From positions 3,968,001-4,032,000 of the forward strand of contig CATQHZ020000001.1 of the NCBI GenBank assembly GCA_958296135.2: a stretch of 64,000 nt of DNA. The letters run 5' to 3'. The position numbers and the translations under genes are program-made. This document shows positions 30,591 to 40,782 of this stretch, in pieces; the first letter of the stretch is position 1; each line of letters opens with the position of its first letter. The notes beneath the pieces are model-generated. The model did no database searches and was not told the origin of the DNA. It saw nothing but the letters and a program-made list of their open reading frames with translations. Source of the DNA: an uncultured Poribacteria bacterium (GTDB lineage: Bacteria; Poribacteria; WGA-4E; WGA-3G).

Positions 30591-30697
30591 AGTCTATAGT
30601 AAATACTGAATCCGTAGCGCGAGGGCCCGGCGATCACTAATCGCCGAGGGTTCCCCTCGCGATTTCTCACGGCATGTAAACCTGCTTCCAAAGCACG

Positions 30698-31630
30698 CTA
30701 TTCGCGCACCGTCAAATTCAGGAATACATCCTCCAAATCGACCGATTCTTGGCGGAGTTCCGTCAAACTCCACCGGTTATCCACGACAACGTGAAACAGT
30801 GCCTCCGCGGCATCGGTTCCCTGCACCGCCGTAACTCGATAGCCGACTACGCCATTGTCCGTTTCAACGTGTGCCCACTGCGAGACGAAGTCAAGCGCGT
30901 CCAACTTTGCCTCAATTTCCGATTGCGGGCCGCGGATAACGATATGCACGATTTCCTCACCCTCCGCTTGGCCCGCGAGTTCTTCAGGTGTGCCGTTCGC
31001 TACAATCTTCCCATCGTTGATGATGAGGATGCGGCTACACGTAGCGGAAACCTCCGGCAAAATGTGGGTGCTGAAAAGCACCAGTTTCTCTTGCCCAATG
31101 TCCTTAATCAGGTTACGAATCTCAATGATTTGGCTCGGGTCAAGTCCAGAGGTGGGCTCGTCTAAAATCATGATAGGCGGATCGTGGATGAGGCTCTGCG
31201 CTAATCCTACCCGTTGGCGGTAGCCTTTCGAGAGCTCACCGATGTCCTTCTGGATAACGTCCTCAAGCCCGCAAAGCTCCACCACGGCGCGGATGCGCGC
31301 GCGCCGCTCGCTTTTCGGAAGGCTCCGAACCTGCGTCATAAAGTTTAGGTACTCGATGACTCCCATGTCCATGTAAAGCGGCGCGCTCTCCGGGAGATAC
31401 CCGATGGACTTGCGAACCTCTACCGACTCCTCAAATACGTCATAACCCGCGACGCTGGCACTCCCTGCATCCGCGGAGAGATAGCAGGTAAGGATACGCA
31501 TCGTCGTCGTCTTCCCAGCACCGTTGGGACCGAGGAAACCGAGCACTTCGCCGGCGTGTGCATCAAACGAAACGTTGTTGACAGCGACAGTCGGCCCGTA
31601 GGATTTTGTGAGTTCTCTAACTTCAATCAT
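30698..31630 (-). CDS. GldA-like ABC ATP-binding protein
   Basis: GPNGAGKT, LSKGYRQR, LDEPTSG, STH. Confidence 0.92.
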   Translation of the reverse strand: MIEVRELTKSYGPTVAVNNVSFDAHAGEVLGFLGPNGAGKTTTMRILTCYLSADAGSASVAGYDVFEESVEVRKSIGYLPESAPLYMDMGVIEYLNFMTQVRSLPKSERRARIRAVVELCGLEDVIQKDIGELSKGYRQRVGLAQSLIHDPPIMILDEPTSGLDPSQIIEIRNLIKDIGQEKLVLFSTHILPEVSATCSRILIINDGKIVANGTPEELAGQAEGEEIVHIVIRGPQSEIEAKLDALDFVSQWAHVETDNGVVGYRVTAVQGTDAAEALFHVVVDNRWSLTELRQESVDLEDVFLNLTVRE

Positions 31631-31678
31631 AAAACGTTTTCTAACCATCCAGGCGCAGTTGATAAAAGATACGTTAAA

Positions 31679-31707
31679 ATAATACCACAAAAATATCGAA
31701 ATGTCAA
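31679..31707 (-). promoter_or_regulatory. sigma70 promoter of the gld-like operon
   Basis: TTGACA-17-TATTAT with extended TG. Confidence 0.7.
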
Positions 31708-31795
31708 GAAAAAAATTTGAGGGGGGGGATAGCGGCATTTCGTTTGTCGAAATAACGCGAGGTGGATACAGGAGGAGGGAAATAACTGAAAAGCC

Positions 31796-32037
31796 CTACC
31801 AGATTTTCACAAGTATAGCAACTATCTGCAGCACTCGGGCAATCGGCTCATGTGGCATGTAACCCGCGTACCTCGCGCGTCTTGCCTGCCAGATATGATC
31901 GGCTTGTATAACGCCTTTGAGTTCAATTGTTCCTGTGAAATCTTTGGTACGAATCATTATTCCCGGTGGGACGGGAACACCAAGGTCCTTGCGATGAAGT
32001 CGAGCCAGACGACATCACCGTGCCGTGGAACATACAT
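31796..32037 (-). pseudogene. mazF: mazF/pemK toxin pseudogene
   Basis: MYVPRHGDVVWLDF, then a frameshifting deletion, then VPVPPG...KGVIQADHI-WQARRARYAG..IARVLQIVAILV. Confidence 0.8.
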
Positions 32038-32046
32038 AGTTAACCT

Positions 32047-32358
32047 TCACCAAACCTCTTTGCCCACCGGCGGCCCGGTGTCAACTTCGCGAGAAAAGCC
32101 GGACTTCGGCGCGCCAGGCTCGGGCTCTGGGACATTTGCGAGGAGTGCCTCCAGCGTCCAATCCGGCGGCGACACAGGACCCCGGTTTTTATCTCGACGA
32201 GGGGCATCGCTCATTGCTACCTCAACATTCTCATCGGAAAAGTTGGGCTCTGGGACATTTGCGAGGAGGGTCTCTAGCGTCCAATCCGGCGGCGACACTT
32301 GGGGATGAGGCTCGGATTCTCGCGTTGTTACGGAGGCTGTGACTGGATTCATTGTCAT
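32047..32358 (-). CDS. MazE-like antitoxin C-terminal module, internally duplicated
   Basis: VSPPDWTLExLLANVPEP twice, ends EVDTGPPVGKEVW; directly upstream of the mazF remnant. Confidence 0.7.
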   Translation of the reverse strand: MTMNPVTASVTTRESEPHPQVSPPDWTLETLLANVPEPNFSDENVEVAMSDAPRRDKNRGPVSPPDWTLEALLANVPEPEPGAPKSGFSREVDTGPPVGKEVW

Positions 32359-32412
32359 CTCAGGGCTCCTGCTGCACGGTTTTCAACCACACTATGGATG
32401 CTGTTTTGGAAA

Positions 32413-32486
32413 TGGGCGGTACAGGACTTGAACCTGTGACCTCTTGCATGTCAAGCAAACGCTCTAGCCACCTGAGCTAACCGCCC
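32413..32486 (-). tRNA. tRNA-Val(GAC)
   Basis: Cloverleaf gggcggt...accgccc, anticodon GAC, TTCAA loop, CCA not encoded. Confidence 0.95.
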
Positions 32487-32499
32487 GTAGAAGGGGTGA

Positions 32500-32571
32500 A
32501 GGTGGCGGTCGGAATCGAACCGACGCATAAGAGTTTTGCAGACTCTGGCCTTACCACTTGGCTACGCCACC
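32500..32571 (-). tRNA. tRNA-Cys(GCA)
   Basis: ggtggcg...cgccacc, anticodon GCA, GTTCGATTC. Confidence 0.95.
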
Positions 32572-32713
32572 GGATTTTTGTCGTATACCTAATGAATCTG
32601 AGTCGTTCGGGCTCGCCTGAGCCCGAATTGATAGTCGACACGGGCCCCGGACCTTGACACCCGAGCCCGATGCGCCCCCGGTAGGAACAACTTCCTAACC
32701 GCGATAGGCGAAA

Positions 32714-32785
32714 AGCGGGAGACGAGATTTGAACTCGCGACCTCCACCTTGGCAAGGTGGAGCTCTACCACTGAGCTACTCCCGC
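32714..32785 (-). tRNA. tRNA-Gly(GCC)
   Basis: gcgggag...ctcccgc, anticodon GCC. Confidence 0.95.
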
Positions 32786-32856
32786 ACAAACCTGAAACAT
32801 GCTGGCGGTTTTCAAAATTCGCGCCCAAAACCGCGCATATACCCGAATGCTTATAT

Positions 32857-32885
32857 AGTATACCACATTTTCGCGCGAATGTCAA
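32857..32885 (-). promoter_or_regulatory. sigma70 promoter of the tRNA operon
   Basis: TTGACA-17-TATACT with extended TG. Confidence 0.8.
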
Positions 32886-32938
32886 ATTAAAATACCAAAA
32901 TGTGACATTTTTGTCAAGAATTGTCGCAAAAATGTGAA

Positions 32939-34147
32939 TTAGGTGCGATAATCGGCGTTAATGCGGATGTAATCATAGGAATAATCGCACGTCCACATCG
33001 TTATCGCTGCATCGCCGGCACTTAAATCGATGGTAATCCGCACCGGATCTTGCGCGAACAACTCTGTCGCCTTCTCCTCGTCAAACCCTGCGTCCATTCC
33101 ATCTTTGACAAGTTGATAGCCGCCGAGCCAGACATTCACCTGATACGGATGAAATGCCGCGCCCGACTTCCCGATGGCCATCATGATGCGTCCCCAGTTG
33201 GCATCGTTGGCGAAAACTGCTGTCTTAACTAACGGCGATTCTGCGACAGCGCGCGCCGCTTTCTCTGCATCCTCCCGGTCTTTCGCGCTTGTGACGACGA
33301 CTTCAACGAGTTTCGTCGCGCCTTCGCCATCGCGCGCGAGCACCTTGGTCAACTCAGTGCAGACGCACTGGAGTCCCGCACAAAACGCCTCGTAATTTTC
33401 GCCATGAGCTTCGGCGATGTCAGGGTTGCCTGCATTTCCCGTGGCGAGGAGCAACACCGTGTCGTTCGTGCTCCGGTCTGTATCTACCGTGAGCAGGTTA
33501 TAGGTATCATCGACAACGCGAGTCAAGGCGAGCTGGAGCGTTTCGCCTGCGATGCACGCATCCGTAGTCAAAAACGAGAGCATCGTCGCCATGTTAGGAG
33601 CTATCATGCCTGAACCTTTCGCAATCCCGCCGATTCTCACCGGTGCACCGGCAATCTCTATCTCAACTGCGACAGACTTCGGGTGCGTATCGGTAGTCAT
33701 AATCGCCTCGGCGGCATCACTTCCACCCTCGGTGCTGAGTGCCGCCGCGGCGAGTTGGATCCCGTTCGCGAGGGTGTCCATCGGCAGTTGTTGCCCGATA
33801 ACGCCGGTTGAGGAGACGAGGACCTGGTTCGCCGCAATGCCGAGGCGTTCGGCTGTCATCGCTGCCATCTGTCGCGCGTTCGCCATGCCGAGTTCGCCGG
33901 TGCAGGCGTTGGCGTTACCGCTGTTGACAATTATCGCTTGCGCCGTCGCGGCGGCGAGGTGCTGGCGGCAAACCTGCACAGGTGCAGCGGTAACGCTATT
34001 CTTCGTGAAGACTCCCGCGGCAACAGCAGGCGCATCTGTCACGATGAGGGCCACATCTTTCTTGCCCGATTTTTTCAGCCCGGCGTGCACGCCCGATGCG
34101 CGCACGCCGGAAACCGCCGTGATTCCGCCATCTATCTTTTTCATCAA
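32939..34147 (-). CDS. argJ: Bifunctional ornithine acetyltransferase / N-acetylglutamate synthase
   Basis: NSGNANACTG, IMTTDT, KGSGMIAPNMATML, DGEGATK, WGRI, INADYRT. Confidence 0.97.
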   Translation of the reverse strand: MMKKIDGGITAVSGVRASGVHAGLKKSGKKDVALIVTDAPAVAAGVFTKNSVTAAPVQVCRQHLAAATAQAIIVNSGNANACTGELGMANARQMAAMTAERLGIAANQVLVSSTGVIGQQLPMDTLANGIQLAAAALSTEGGSDAAEAIMTTDTHPKSVAVEIEIAGAPVRIGGIAKGSGMIAPNMATMLSFLTTDACIAGETLQLALTRVVDDTYNLLTVDTDRSTNDTVLLLATGNAGNPDIAEAHGENYEAFCAGLQCVCTELTKVLARDGEGATKLVEVVVTSAKDREDAEKAARAVAESPLVKTAVFANDANWGRIMMAIGKSGAAFHPYQVNVWLGGYQLVKDGMDAGFDEEKATELFAQDPVRITIDLSAGDAAITMWTCDYSYDYIRINADYRT

Positions 34148-34176
34148 AACGCTCCTAAAGCACGAATGTGAGACAC

Positions 34177-34205
34177 ATTATACACTATTTTTAAGAAAAC
34201 GTCAA
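34177..34205 (-). promoter_or_regulatory. sigma70 promoter of argJ
   Basis: TTGACG-17-TATAAT. Confidence 0.75.
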
Positions 34206-34226
34206 GTTTTTTAATGCCCCCCCCTC

Positions 34227-34350
34227 ACCGTAGGGCGAGGGAAAACCCGGCGAGCACGAATCGCCGAGGGTTCCCCTCGCCATGCCACGATCGCGGCGCA
34301 CAGAAATCTGCCGGCCTTACCGTAGGGCGAGGTCCTGTGCCTCGCCATGC
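34227..34350. repeat. REP-like pair, the first with the 23-bp cassette
   Basis: ccgtagggcgagg...cctcgccatg twice. Confidence 0.8.
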
Positions 34351-34402
34351 ATCGATCGCAGCGCAGCCCCCGGGCAATACGGCATCCCAGGCCCTCTTCG
34401 GA

Positions 34403-34750
34403 CTAGCCGCCCATTGCAGCAGCGACGATAATCCCCAACGCAATCAGCACACCCGCCACGGCGACACCCGCCGCGGTGTTGTTCTCCTCGGCGATTTGGC
34501 GGTTCAAATCGTAAGGCGTCGCCCAATCAAAGACTTTGTAGCCTATCATCAGCACAATCAAGCCGACGATGCTGAAGACGACGCCTTCAATAATCAGCCC
34601 CGCGAGGACTTTGAAGTTAATCATTGGGCCGTCTGCTGTCACGACCGGAGCATCTTGCGCATTCGCATGCGTGCCAAAAAGCGTCATCGCAACAATCGAA
34701 ACGATGACGAGGCAGAACGTGGTTGATACAATCTTCTTAGCCATTTTCAT
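34403..34750 (-). CDS. DUF350 membrane protein
   Basis: FDWATPYDLNRQIAEENNTAAGV motif; AGGAGG SD. Confidence 0.85.
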   Translation of the reverse strand: MKMAKKIVSTTFCLVIVSIVAMTLFGTHANAQDAPVVTADGPMINFKVLAGLIIEGVVFSIVGLIVLMIGYKVFDWATPYDLNRQIAEENNTAAGVAVAGVLIALGIIVAAAMGG

Positions 34751-34856
34751 TGCCTCCTATAGACATTGCAGTTCTAACAGACTGCTAACGGAGGGACAGA
34801 TAGAGACATCCGCCCCTACAAGGTTCGGTAGGCGCGCTTTGAAAGCACCCCCACAA

Positions 34857-37800
34857 TTAGATAAAAAATTGAAATTGCACATCCACGGTGGCGTGCAGGT
34901 GTTTGATGAGGAGTGTATCCTTCTCCGCGATATAGAGCCATCCGGAGCCGGTGTCACCGCTTTCTTCCTCAAGCGATTTCACGGCGGGGAGCTCGGTCTC
35001 AATATCAAGGCTTCGGGCGCGAATACCACGCGGCGGGCGGCCGTAGCCTGCGATAAGTGTCCAACTCGTCTCGTCTGCGGCGTAACTCAGATTCCACGTC
35101 AGGCCGCCCCCTTTGGTGAGGGTAAGTCCCTCCACTTTAGCACCCGAACTCACATGGATATTACCGGTGATGGCGGTTTTCACACCCGGGTCTAGCCCGA
35201 GAAGCGTATAGACGTTCACCATAATATCCGCGGGGTTAAGGTGCGGACCGCGGCCTTCAGTGCAGAATGCATAGAGCCCATCAGGATAAGTGCCTTTGCG
35301 CTCGCCCTCTGTCCACTGCTGATACATCGCACTGACGACGATGCCCGCCGCAATCTTCTCCCACGGCAGGCTGTCCGCGTTACCGCCCGAAGTCGCGCTT
35401 TTTACACGAGCTAAGTGCTGCAGATAGTAGGCGAACACCAAGCCATTCCACTGCACTGGCACGCCAAACCACGGGTGCGTATAGAACGTCGTCCCGAAAA
35501 CCGGAACCGAGGCGAAGCGCATGCTGAGCCGGTCGCGGAGATGCCAATGGTAGAGGAACGGCAAACCGGCTTTCGCCCAGTATGCTGCGCGCCGGAGATA
35601 CGTTTTATCGCTCGTGATTTGATACGCCTCAACATACGCACCGAGTGCATAGGCGGCGGCAAGGAGATCTGGCTGATACATCGGGCATTCCCACAACTGC
35701 GCCCCGCGCGGCACAGCGAATTGCTTCATGAATTTCAGCGCCTCAAGGCCCGCCTCTCGCGAAGTCGCGTCCCCGGTGATTCTCGCGTGTTTGAGAAGCG
35801 TCAGCGCGGCGTTCGCGCATGTGCCAAGCACAGCATCCCCCGCGTTACCGAGCGTTGCAGTTTTATCGTCTGCCGGATACCACCGCCAACTGCCATCCGG
35901 TTCCTGCTCGCTGACGAGGCGCAGTGCCTCGGTTTTCATGAAATCCACAGCCGCCTCAAGGTGGCCGACATAGAACGGAAACTCCCATCTCAGAATATGA
36001 CAAGAGCCGCGGGCGGCTAGACTTCCCGCGCCCGATTCGGCGCGCGTGCTATTGCGGATATCCGCAACGCGCCGCTTAACGGCCTCATCCTGGGTAGCAA
36101 GGTAATCATACCAGAGTAGCGTGCCGACACCCGGTTCGTTATGCGCCGGCCAACCGATACAGTGACGCGATTTCTGCGTCTCGGCATCCCACGTCGTCTC
36201 CATAAACCCATGCCGCGAAAGCAGGAGCTCTTCTTCGTCGCCGCGGGGCGGTTCAAGCGGCTCTGGGAAGCCGTAGGCATCGCACCAATGCGTTACCGCA
36301 TCTAGCACAGAGGCAGTCCCCTCAACAATCAGCTCGCTTTTGATAGTCACAGGCCGACCCGATTTGAGGGAATAGGGCGTAGCCGCAAGCGTCTGATTCT
36401 CCTCTACCCACGCCGGCACCGTCGGGAGAAACACGCCCATCAACGTGTTTCGCTGAGAATGGTGCCAATTGGGGGAGGCAAAAATAGCGGAGAGGCACTG
36501 ATTGTCGCCATCCCACTTATCCAAAGGATTCCAGATAATGCCGACGACGCTTTTCTGGACTTCTACTGCCATAGCCGGCACGGTAATTTTATACGGATGC
36601 GGGACTAAGCGATTGTCGTGCGGCGGCGCGGCATCGCGCGGGTTCGAGGAACGCTCAGTACCTTCCAAAAATTCCAGCCCAGGGAATAGGGCAGCAGTCT
36701 TCTTGTCGCGATTGCGTCCTTGATGGAAGGCGCAGAGCATCGGACCATGGAAGGCGAGCAGCTCTCGCTCTTCGCTGCCTTCGCTGACTTCCAAACGTGC
36801 CTCGTTCTGAATGCGAGTCGCGTTCTCGCCGAGAATCCACTCGCTCCGATACTGCCACGTCACGCCATCGGCATCGGTGTGTGCACCGTTCATAGAGACA
36901 ATAGACTCGCCGCCGCTGTTCCCGGCAAGTTGGTAACTCAATGGCGTAAGACGGAAAGTTTTCGGACTTCGCAAGGCGTGCGATAACGTCTCGGGGGCAT
37001 TCACGTCCCGCTCCGTAGAACTGGCATTACGGAGTCGAACTGACGATGCAGCTTGACTCTCTTGAGAGGCGCGCTCGTCGATGCCCCCGTTTTGGCCGCT
37101 ATGAGAGTAAGTCACTTCGGACAGCGCGGGGCAAACGGCAACCTGCTGATAGGTACCGGCCTTCGCGGCAAACAGCGCGTAGTATTCAAAGCCACCGGAA
37201 GAATTCCGAACAAAAACGACGCGAAGGTGCTGATTTCCCATCACGAGGTGTCCATCTTGCGAATAAGTGTGCAGTTCTTTCGTCACTTTGGCAGAGAGTT
37301 TCGGCAGCGCAGGACGAATCTCAACGCTGCAGGCAGCAGTGCAGCTGTTCTCGCCCGCAGCAGTTTGACAGCGAAGCGACGCAGAGACGCTGAGCGAGTG
37401 TGACGAACGGCGCAGAAGCCAAGAGACGGTGGCTTCTGCACCCGGCTCAATCTGTTTAATCGTCTGCGTTGGACGACTACGCCATAATTTCACACCGTTG
37501 ATAGTCACACGCGCGCTGTCCGCCTCGCCGAGGGGCGCATCACCTGTATTCCGAACGGTGCATTGCACCTCAAAATCCTCACCCGCTGTGACGACAGCGG
37601 CGGTGGCACCGAGACTCACAATTTCCAACTTCGGTTGGGCGGCGTATAACGTTAAGGCTTGTAAGGGCGAATTGCCATAGTCACCCAGGGCAGCCTCGCA
37701 TCGCGCACGGACATCTCTGACAGCTTCGGAAACAGGTGTTGAAACGGCTGGATTGAATTCAAACAGCCGCTGGCTCGCATCAGCAAATTGCGCGAGAACA

Positions 37801-38612
37801 GTGCAACCGTAGAGTGCAGGTTCTGCAGCACCCTTTGCTTTGCGCAGTGGACATTGTGTGAGTTTGAGCAGCCGCGGTTTGCCCCACACTGCCCATGCAT
37901 AGTTGCTATTGCCCGCTACGTTACACGCTGTCAGAAAGGAAATGCTTATCTCTTGTCCCGCGTATTCGGTAAGTTCCACGGCGTGCTCATCCCATCGACA
38001 CTCGGCTGAGACGCTCTCAAATCTTTCGGAACTCGCAACGCGTTCGTTCGAGGTTACTAACGCGGGGCGGGATTTCCTACCGGGGCTGTCATCGACGTTG
38101 TCTTGGTTCTGACTGTTCATACCCGCCCGTTCCTCAATCTCGATGCTGAACCGTACGCCACCGGGCCGCCGCTCGGCATCGTCAAACACAACACCGTCCC
38201 GCAAACCGATGAGGAAATGCAGAAAGAGTTTTTCGTTATCTGCAATGTCCGGAAGCAAGAGCGCGTAAGTAACCCGCGCCGCATTCGTTGGCGTTGGATG
38301 CGCGAAGATTGCGGGATGCTTCACACCGCCAACACAATCGGAACCACTGGCAGACACCTGCTCCGCACCAGATACCTCACTTTTTTTAAACAAGGCAACG
38401 AAATCATAGAGAACCTCGCGCACACCAAGTTCAGGCGCAGCATCGGCTTCGGGTGCCGTACCGTCGCCGCCGCTGCCATCGGTATCAGGTGCCGGAGCAT
38501 CTTCATACGGGACGTTCTCAGCGTCAGACAGCGTATCCTCTGTCACCGTGTCCGGGCCAGCCGATACTTGCCCAATGCATGTCGCCAGAAGCCGTTCAAA
38601 AACAGTCACCAT
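34857..38612 (-). CDS. Large hypothetical protein (Ig/CARDB-like domain + probable alpha/alpha-barrel carbohydrate-active domain)
   Basis: 1251-aa ORF abutting the DUF2961 gene; TVRNTG Ig motif; QEPDGSW and AYQITSDKTYL helical-barrel-like motifs. Confidence 0.65.
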   Translation of the reverse strand: MVTVFERLLATCIGQVSAGPDTVTEDTLSDAENVPYEDAPAPDTDGSGGDGTAPEADAAPELGVREVLYDFVALFKKSEVSGAEQVSASGSDCVGGVKHPAIFAHPTPTNAARVTYALLLPDIADNEKLFLHFLIGLRDGVVFDDAERRPGGVRFSIEIEERAGMNSQNQDNVDDSPGRKSRPALVTSNERVASSERFESVSAECRWDEHAVELTEYAGQEISISFLTACNVAGNSNYAWAVWGKPRLLKLTQCPLRKAKGAAEPALYGCTVLAQFADASQRLFEFNPAVSTPVSEAVRDVRARCEAALGDYGNSPLQALTLYAAQPKLEIVSLGATAAVVTAGEDFEVQCTVRNTGDAPLGEADSARVTINGVKLWRSRPTQTIKQIEPGAEATVSWLLRRSSHSLSVSASLRCQTAAGENSCTAACSVEIRPALPKLSAKVTKELHTYSQDGHLVMGNQHLRVVFVRNSSGGFEYYALFAAKAGTYQQVAVCPALSEVTYSHSGQNGGIDERASQESQAASSVRLRNASSTERDVNAPETLSHALRSPKTFRLTPLSYQLAGNSGGESIVSMNGAHTDADGVTWQYRSEWILGENATRIQNEARLEVSEGSEERELLAFHGPMLCAFHQGRNRDKKTAALFPGLEFLEGTERSSNPRDAAPPHDNRLVPHPYKITVPAMAVEVQKSVVGIIWNPLDKWDGDNQCLSAIFASPNWHHSQRNTLMGVFLPTVPAWVEENQTLAATPYSLKSGRPVTIKSELIVEGTASVLDAVTHWCDAYGFPEPLEPPRGDEEELLLSRHGFMETTWDAETQKSRHCIGWPAHNEPGVGTLLWYDYLATQDEAVKRRVADIRNSTRAESGAGSLAARGSCHILRWEFPFYVGHLEAAVDFMKTEALRLVSEQEPDGSWRWYPADDKTATLGNAGDAVLGTCANAALTLLKHARITGDATSREAGLEALKFMKQFAVPRGAQLWECPMYQPDLLAAAYALGAYVEAYQITSDKTYLRRAAYWAKAGLPFLYHWHLRDRLSMRFASVPVFGTTFYTHPWFGVPVQWNGLVFAYYLQHLARVKSATSGGNADSLPWEKIAAGIVVSAMYQQWTEGERKGTYPDGLYAFCTEGRGPHLNPADIMVNVYTLLGLDPGVKTAITGNIHVSSGAKVEGLTLTKGGGLTWNLSYAADETSWTLIAGYGRPPRGIRARSLDIETELPAVKSLEEESGDTGSGWLYIAEKDTLLIKHLHATVDVQFQFFI

Positions 38613-39749
38613 TTATCTCTTTTCACTCCATTTCTGTCTCATCGCCTGCATCTCCGCGTTCAACTCGGGAACAGGGGCCGCGTGCTGCAACTGCCACTCA
38701 CCCGACTCGTCCTTCCGAACCGGCTGCCGTTGCGCGACAGGCACAATGCCAAACGGACGGTGCGGCTCAAGCTGATACCAATAGGCGACAGAAGACATCT
38801 CATTGCTGAGGTGGTTGCCGTGGCCGTGCTCAATCGTCACCCGAATCTCCTTCTCAAAACGGATAGGATTTTCGAGGTGATAAACGTAAGAGGACTGGTA
38901 CCCATCGGTATCGTCCTCATGGATAGACGAACCGTTGTGTGCAAACGCGTTCTTCTGCATGCCCCAAGCCTGATTCAGGTAATCTTCAGAACCCGTGCCG
39001 TGTAAATCGGGCGGCCACTTGTAGCCGTCAATCCAGATCATATCGTCGCCTTCGCCCCACCACGTGCCTTGGAAATTGGTAACGGAGAGATTGCAGCCGA
39101 CATAGTGGCCCCTGCCCTCGGCGGACAAAATCAGGTAGTTGGTGTCCCAGGCAAGGCGTTCAGCATTGACGATATTCGCCTCCGATGCATTGACCCGGAT
39201 TTCGTGTCCCCAACCATCGCACGGGTTTTCGCGAAGGAATTGCGCATGGAAATAAGCAGTATCGTCACCGAGCGGCGCGGGATACTGCTCGTAGTCAATG
39301 TAGAAGTATTGGCGGTGCGGCGTATCGCCCTCGTTGACGAGCTCGATGCGGGCGGCACGGTTAAACGGCATCTGCAGATAGCAATTCAGCGCGCACCCCG
39401 TGTTGAACGCGTTATTCTGAGCTGTGGACGCGGAGAACGGAATCGAATCGTAAGAATTGACGATTTCGTTGCCCAGCCCGAAAAAGTCACCCAACGGACA
39501 CAACACACTCGGATGCTCCTCGTCGTCCCAAAACATCCGAATCAGCACGTTCCGATACCCGTTTGGCTGTGTCAGCCAGATGTGATTGATACATCCGGGG
39601 CCCTGGATATCCGCGAGAACGCAAGTCGCTCCGGGGGCGATGTCCCAAGCATCGTTATTGCGCCCTGTGGTATCCCACGAGGAGGCGCGGCCGGAGCGTG
39701 CGTCTTTCACACGCGTCAACGATGATAAAAGTCCTTCAAGATAGGCCAT
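38613..39749 (-). CDS. DUF2961 / GH172 family glycoside hydrolase
   Basis: GPGCINHIW, PLGDFFG, WWGEGDD, HGTGSEDY, IEHGHGN. Confidence 0.9.
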   Translation of the reverse strand: MAYLEGLLSSLTRVKDARSGRASSWDTTGRNNDAWDIAPGATCVLADIQGPGCINHIWLTQPNGYRNVLIRMFWDDEEHPSVLCPLGDFFGLGNEIVNSYDSIPFSASTAQNNAFNTGCALNCYLQMPFNRAARIELVNEGDTPHRQYFYIDYEQYPAPLGDDTAYFHAQFLRENPCDGWGHEIRVNASEANIVNAERLAWDTNYLILSAEGRGHYVGCNLSVTNFQGTWWGEGDDMIWIDGYKWPPDLHGTGSEDYLNQAWGMQKNAFAHNGSSIHEDDTDGYQSSYVYHLENPIRFEKEIRVTIEHGHGNHLSNEMSSVAYWYQLEPHRPFGIVPVAQRQPVRKDESGEWQLQHAAPVPELNAEMQAMRQKWSEKR

Positions 39750-39828
39750 GTCGTTCTAAATTCCTCTTTTTGTTCTTCCTAGCGGTTGTTCGGCTCACGT
39801 GGGGAAAACTTATCTGTTCACTGCCAAT

Positions 39829-40641
39829 TTAGCCCGCTATTACGGACTTCATCTTTTCCAAACCGACGCGCGCCACTTCCCCCGGGTCTTCCTCCCAATA
39901 CGAAGGGTTGAACAACTCCAGAGAGACAACGCCGTTATACCCCGCGGCTTCCAAGATGGATAGCATTTGCTTGAGAGCGAGAATACCATCGCCGGGGTAA
40001 ACCCGGTCTGCATCGGTTTGTTCTTCACGCGCCGGACGCGCCGGCGCATCGTTGAAATGGAAAATCGCGATTTTGTCGGCGGGAATGCCACGCATGTCGT
40101 CAATCTCTCCGCCACCACGATAGAGATGAAACGGATCGAGGACAATAGTGCTATCCGGATGAGCTGCCACGCGCATCACCTCCCACGCGTGCTTGACTTT
40201 GTTGACTCCATCAACGAACCCGAGGAATTCCATCGCCGGTTTCACGCCGAAGTCGCGTCCAAGTTCCAGCAGTTCGCGGTAATTCTCGCCGCCCAACTGC
40301 AGGTCAGCTACTTCGCGCGGTGGACTGGAAATGATGTAAGTCGCGCCGACAGCGGCGGCTTGCGCCATGCGCCGTTTTGCCTCTTCAAGCGCCTTCTGAT
40401 GTTCCGCACCCATCGTATTGAGCCAGCCGTGCAAGGCGATAACCGTGGGCACTGAAAGCCCCCAGTCATCCAGCGCGCTTTTCACATCGGCGAGGGAGCC
40501 GCCCTGCTCCTCGTATACGGTAAGGTCATCGTTCCAGAGCTCAATCGCCGAATAGCCGGTTGCGCCCGCGATGCGGATTTTATCCATTAACCCCGCCGGG
40601 CGAATGGTACTAGTGTTGAATCCTAACTGAAATTGTGCCAT
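39829..40641 (-). CDS. Sugar phosphate isomerase/epimerase (xylose isomerase-like TIM barrel)
   Basis: MEF, LDPFH, FHFND, RVYPGDG, SLELF. Confidence 0.88.
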   Translation of the reverse strand: MAQFQLGFNTSTIRPAGLMDKIRIAGATGYSAIELWNDDLTVYEEQGGSLADVKSALDDWGLSVPTVIALHGWLNTMGAEHQKALEEAKRRMAQAAAVGATYIISSPPREVADLQLGGENYRELLELGRDFGVKPAMEFLGFVDGVNKVKHAWEVMRVAAHPDSTIVLDPFHLYRGGGEIDDMRGIPADKIAIFHFNDAPARPAREEQTDADRVYPGDGILALKQMLSILEAAGYNGVVSLELFNPSYWEEDPGEVARVGLEKMKSVIAG

Positions 40642-40657
40642 TTTGTTCCTTTACAGA

Positions 40658-40762
40658 CATCGAGACCGGGAGGTCTCTCTTACAAGAAGAAAGCATCGAG
40701 ACGCGGGAGGGCTCTCCTACAAGAAGAAAGCATCGAGACGCGGGAGGGCTCTCCTACCGGGG
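40658..40762 (-). repeat. Three tandem REP-like units (about 37-bp period)
   Basis: catcgagacgcgggagggctctcctacaagaagaaag-like unit, three copies. Confidence 0.85.
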
Positions 40763-40782
40763 GTGTTCTGCATCATGCTCAA

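Noticed and set aside
31740-32413. Integrated island at tRNA-Val
   Set aside because: No integrase and no duplicated tRNA 3' end seen.
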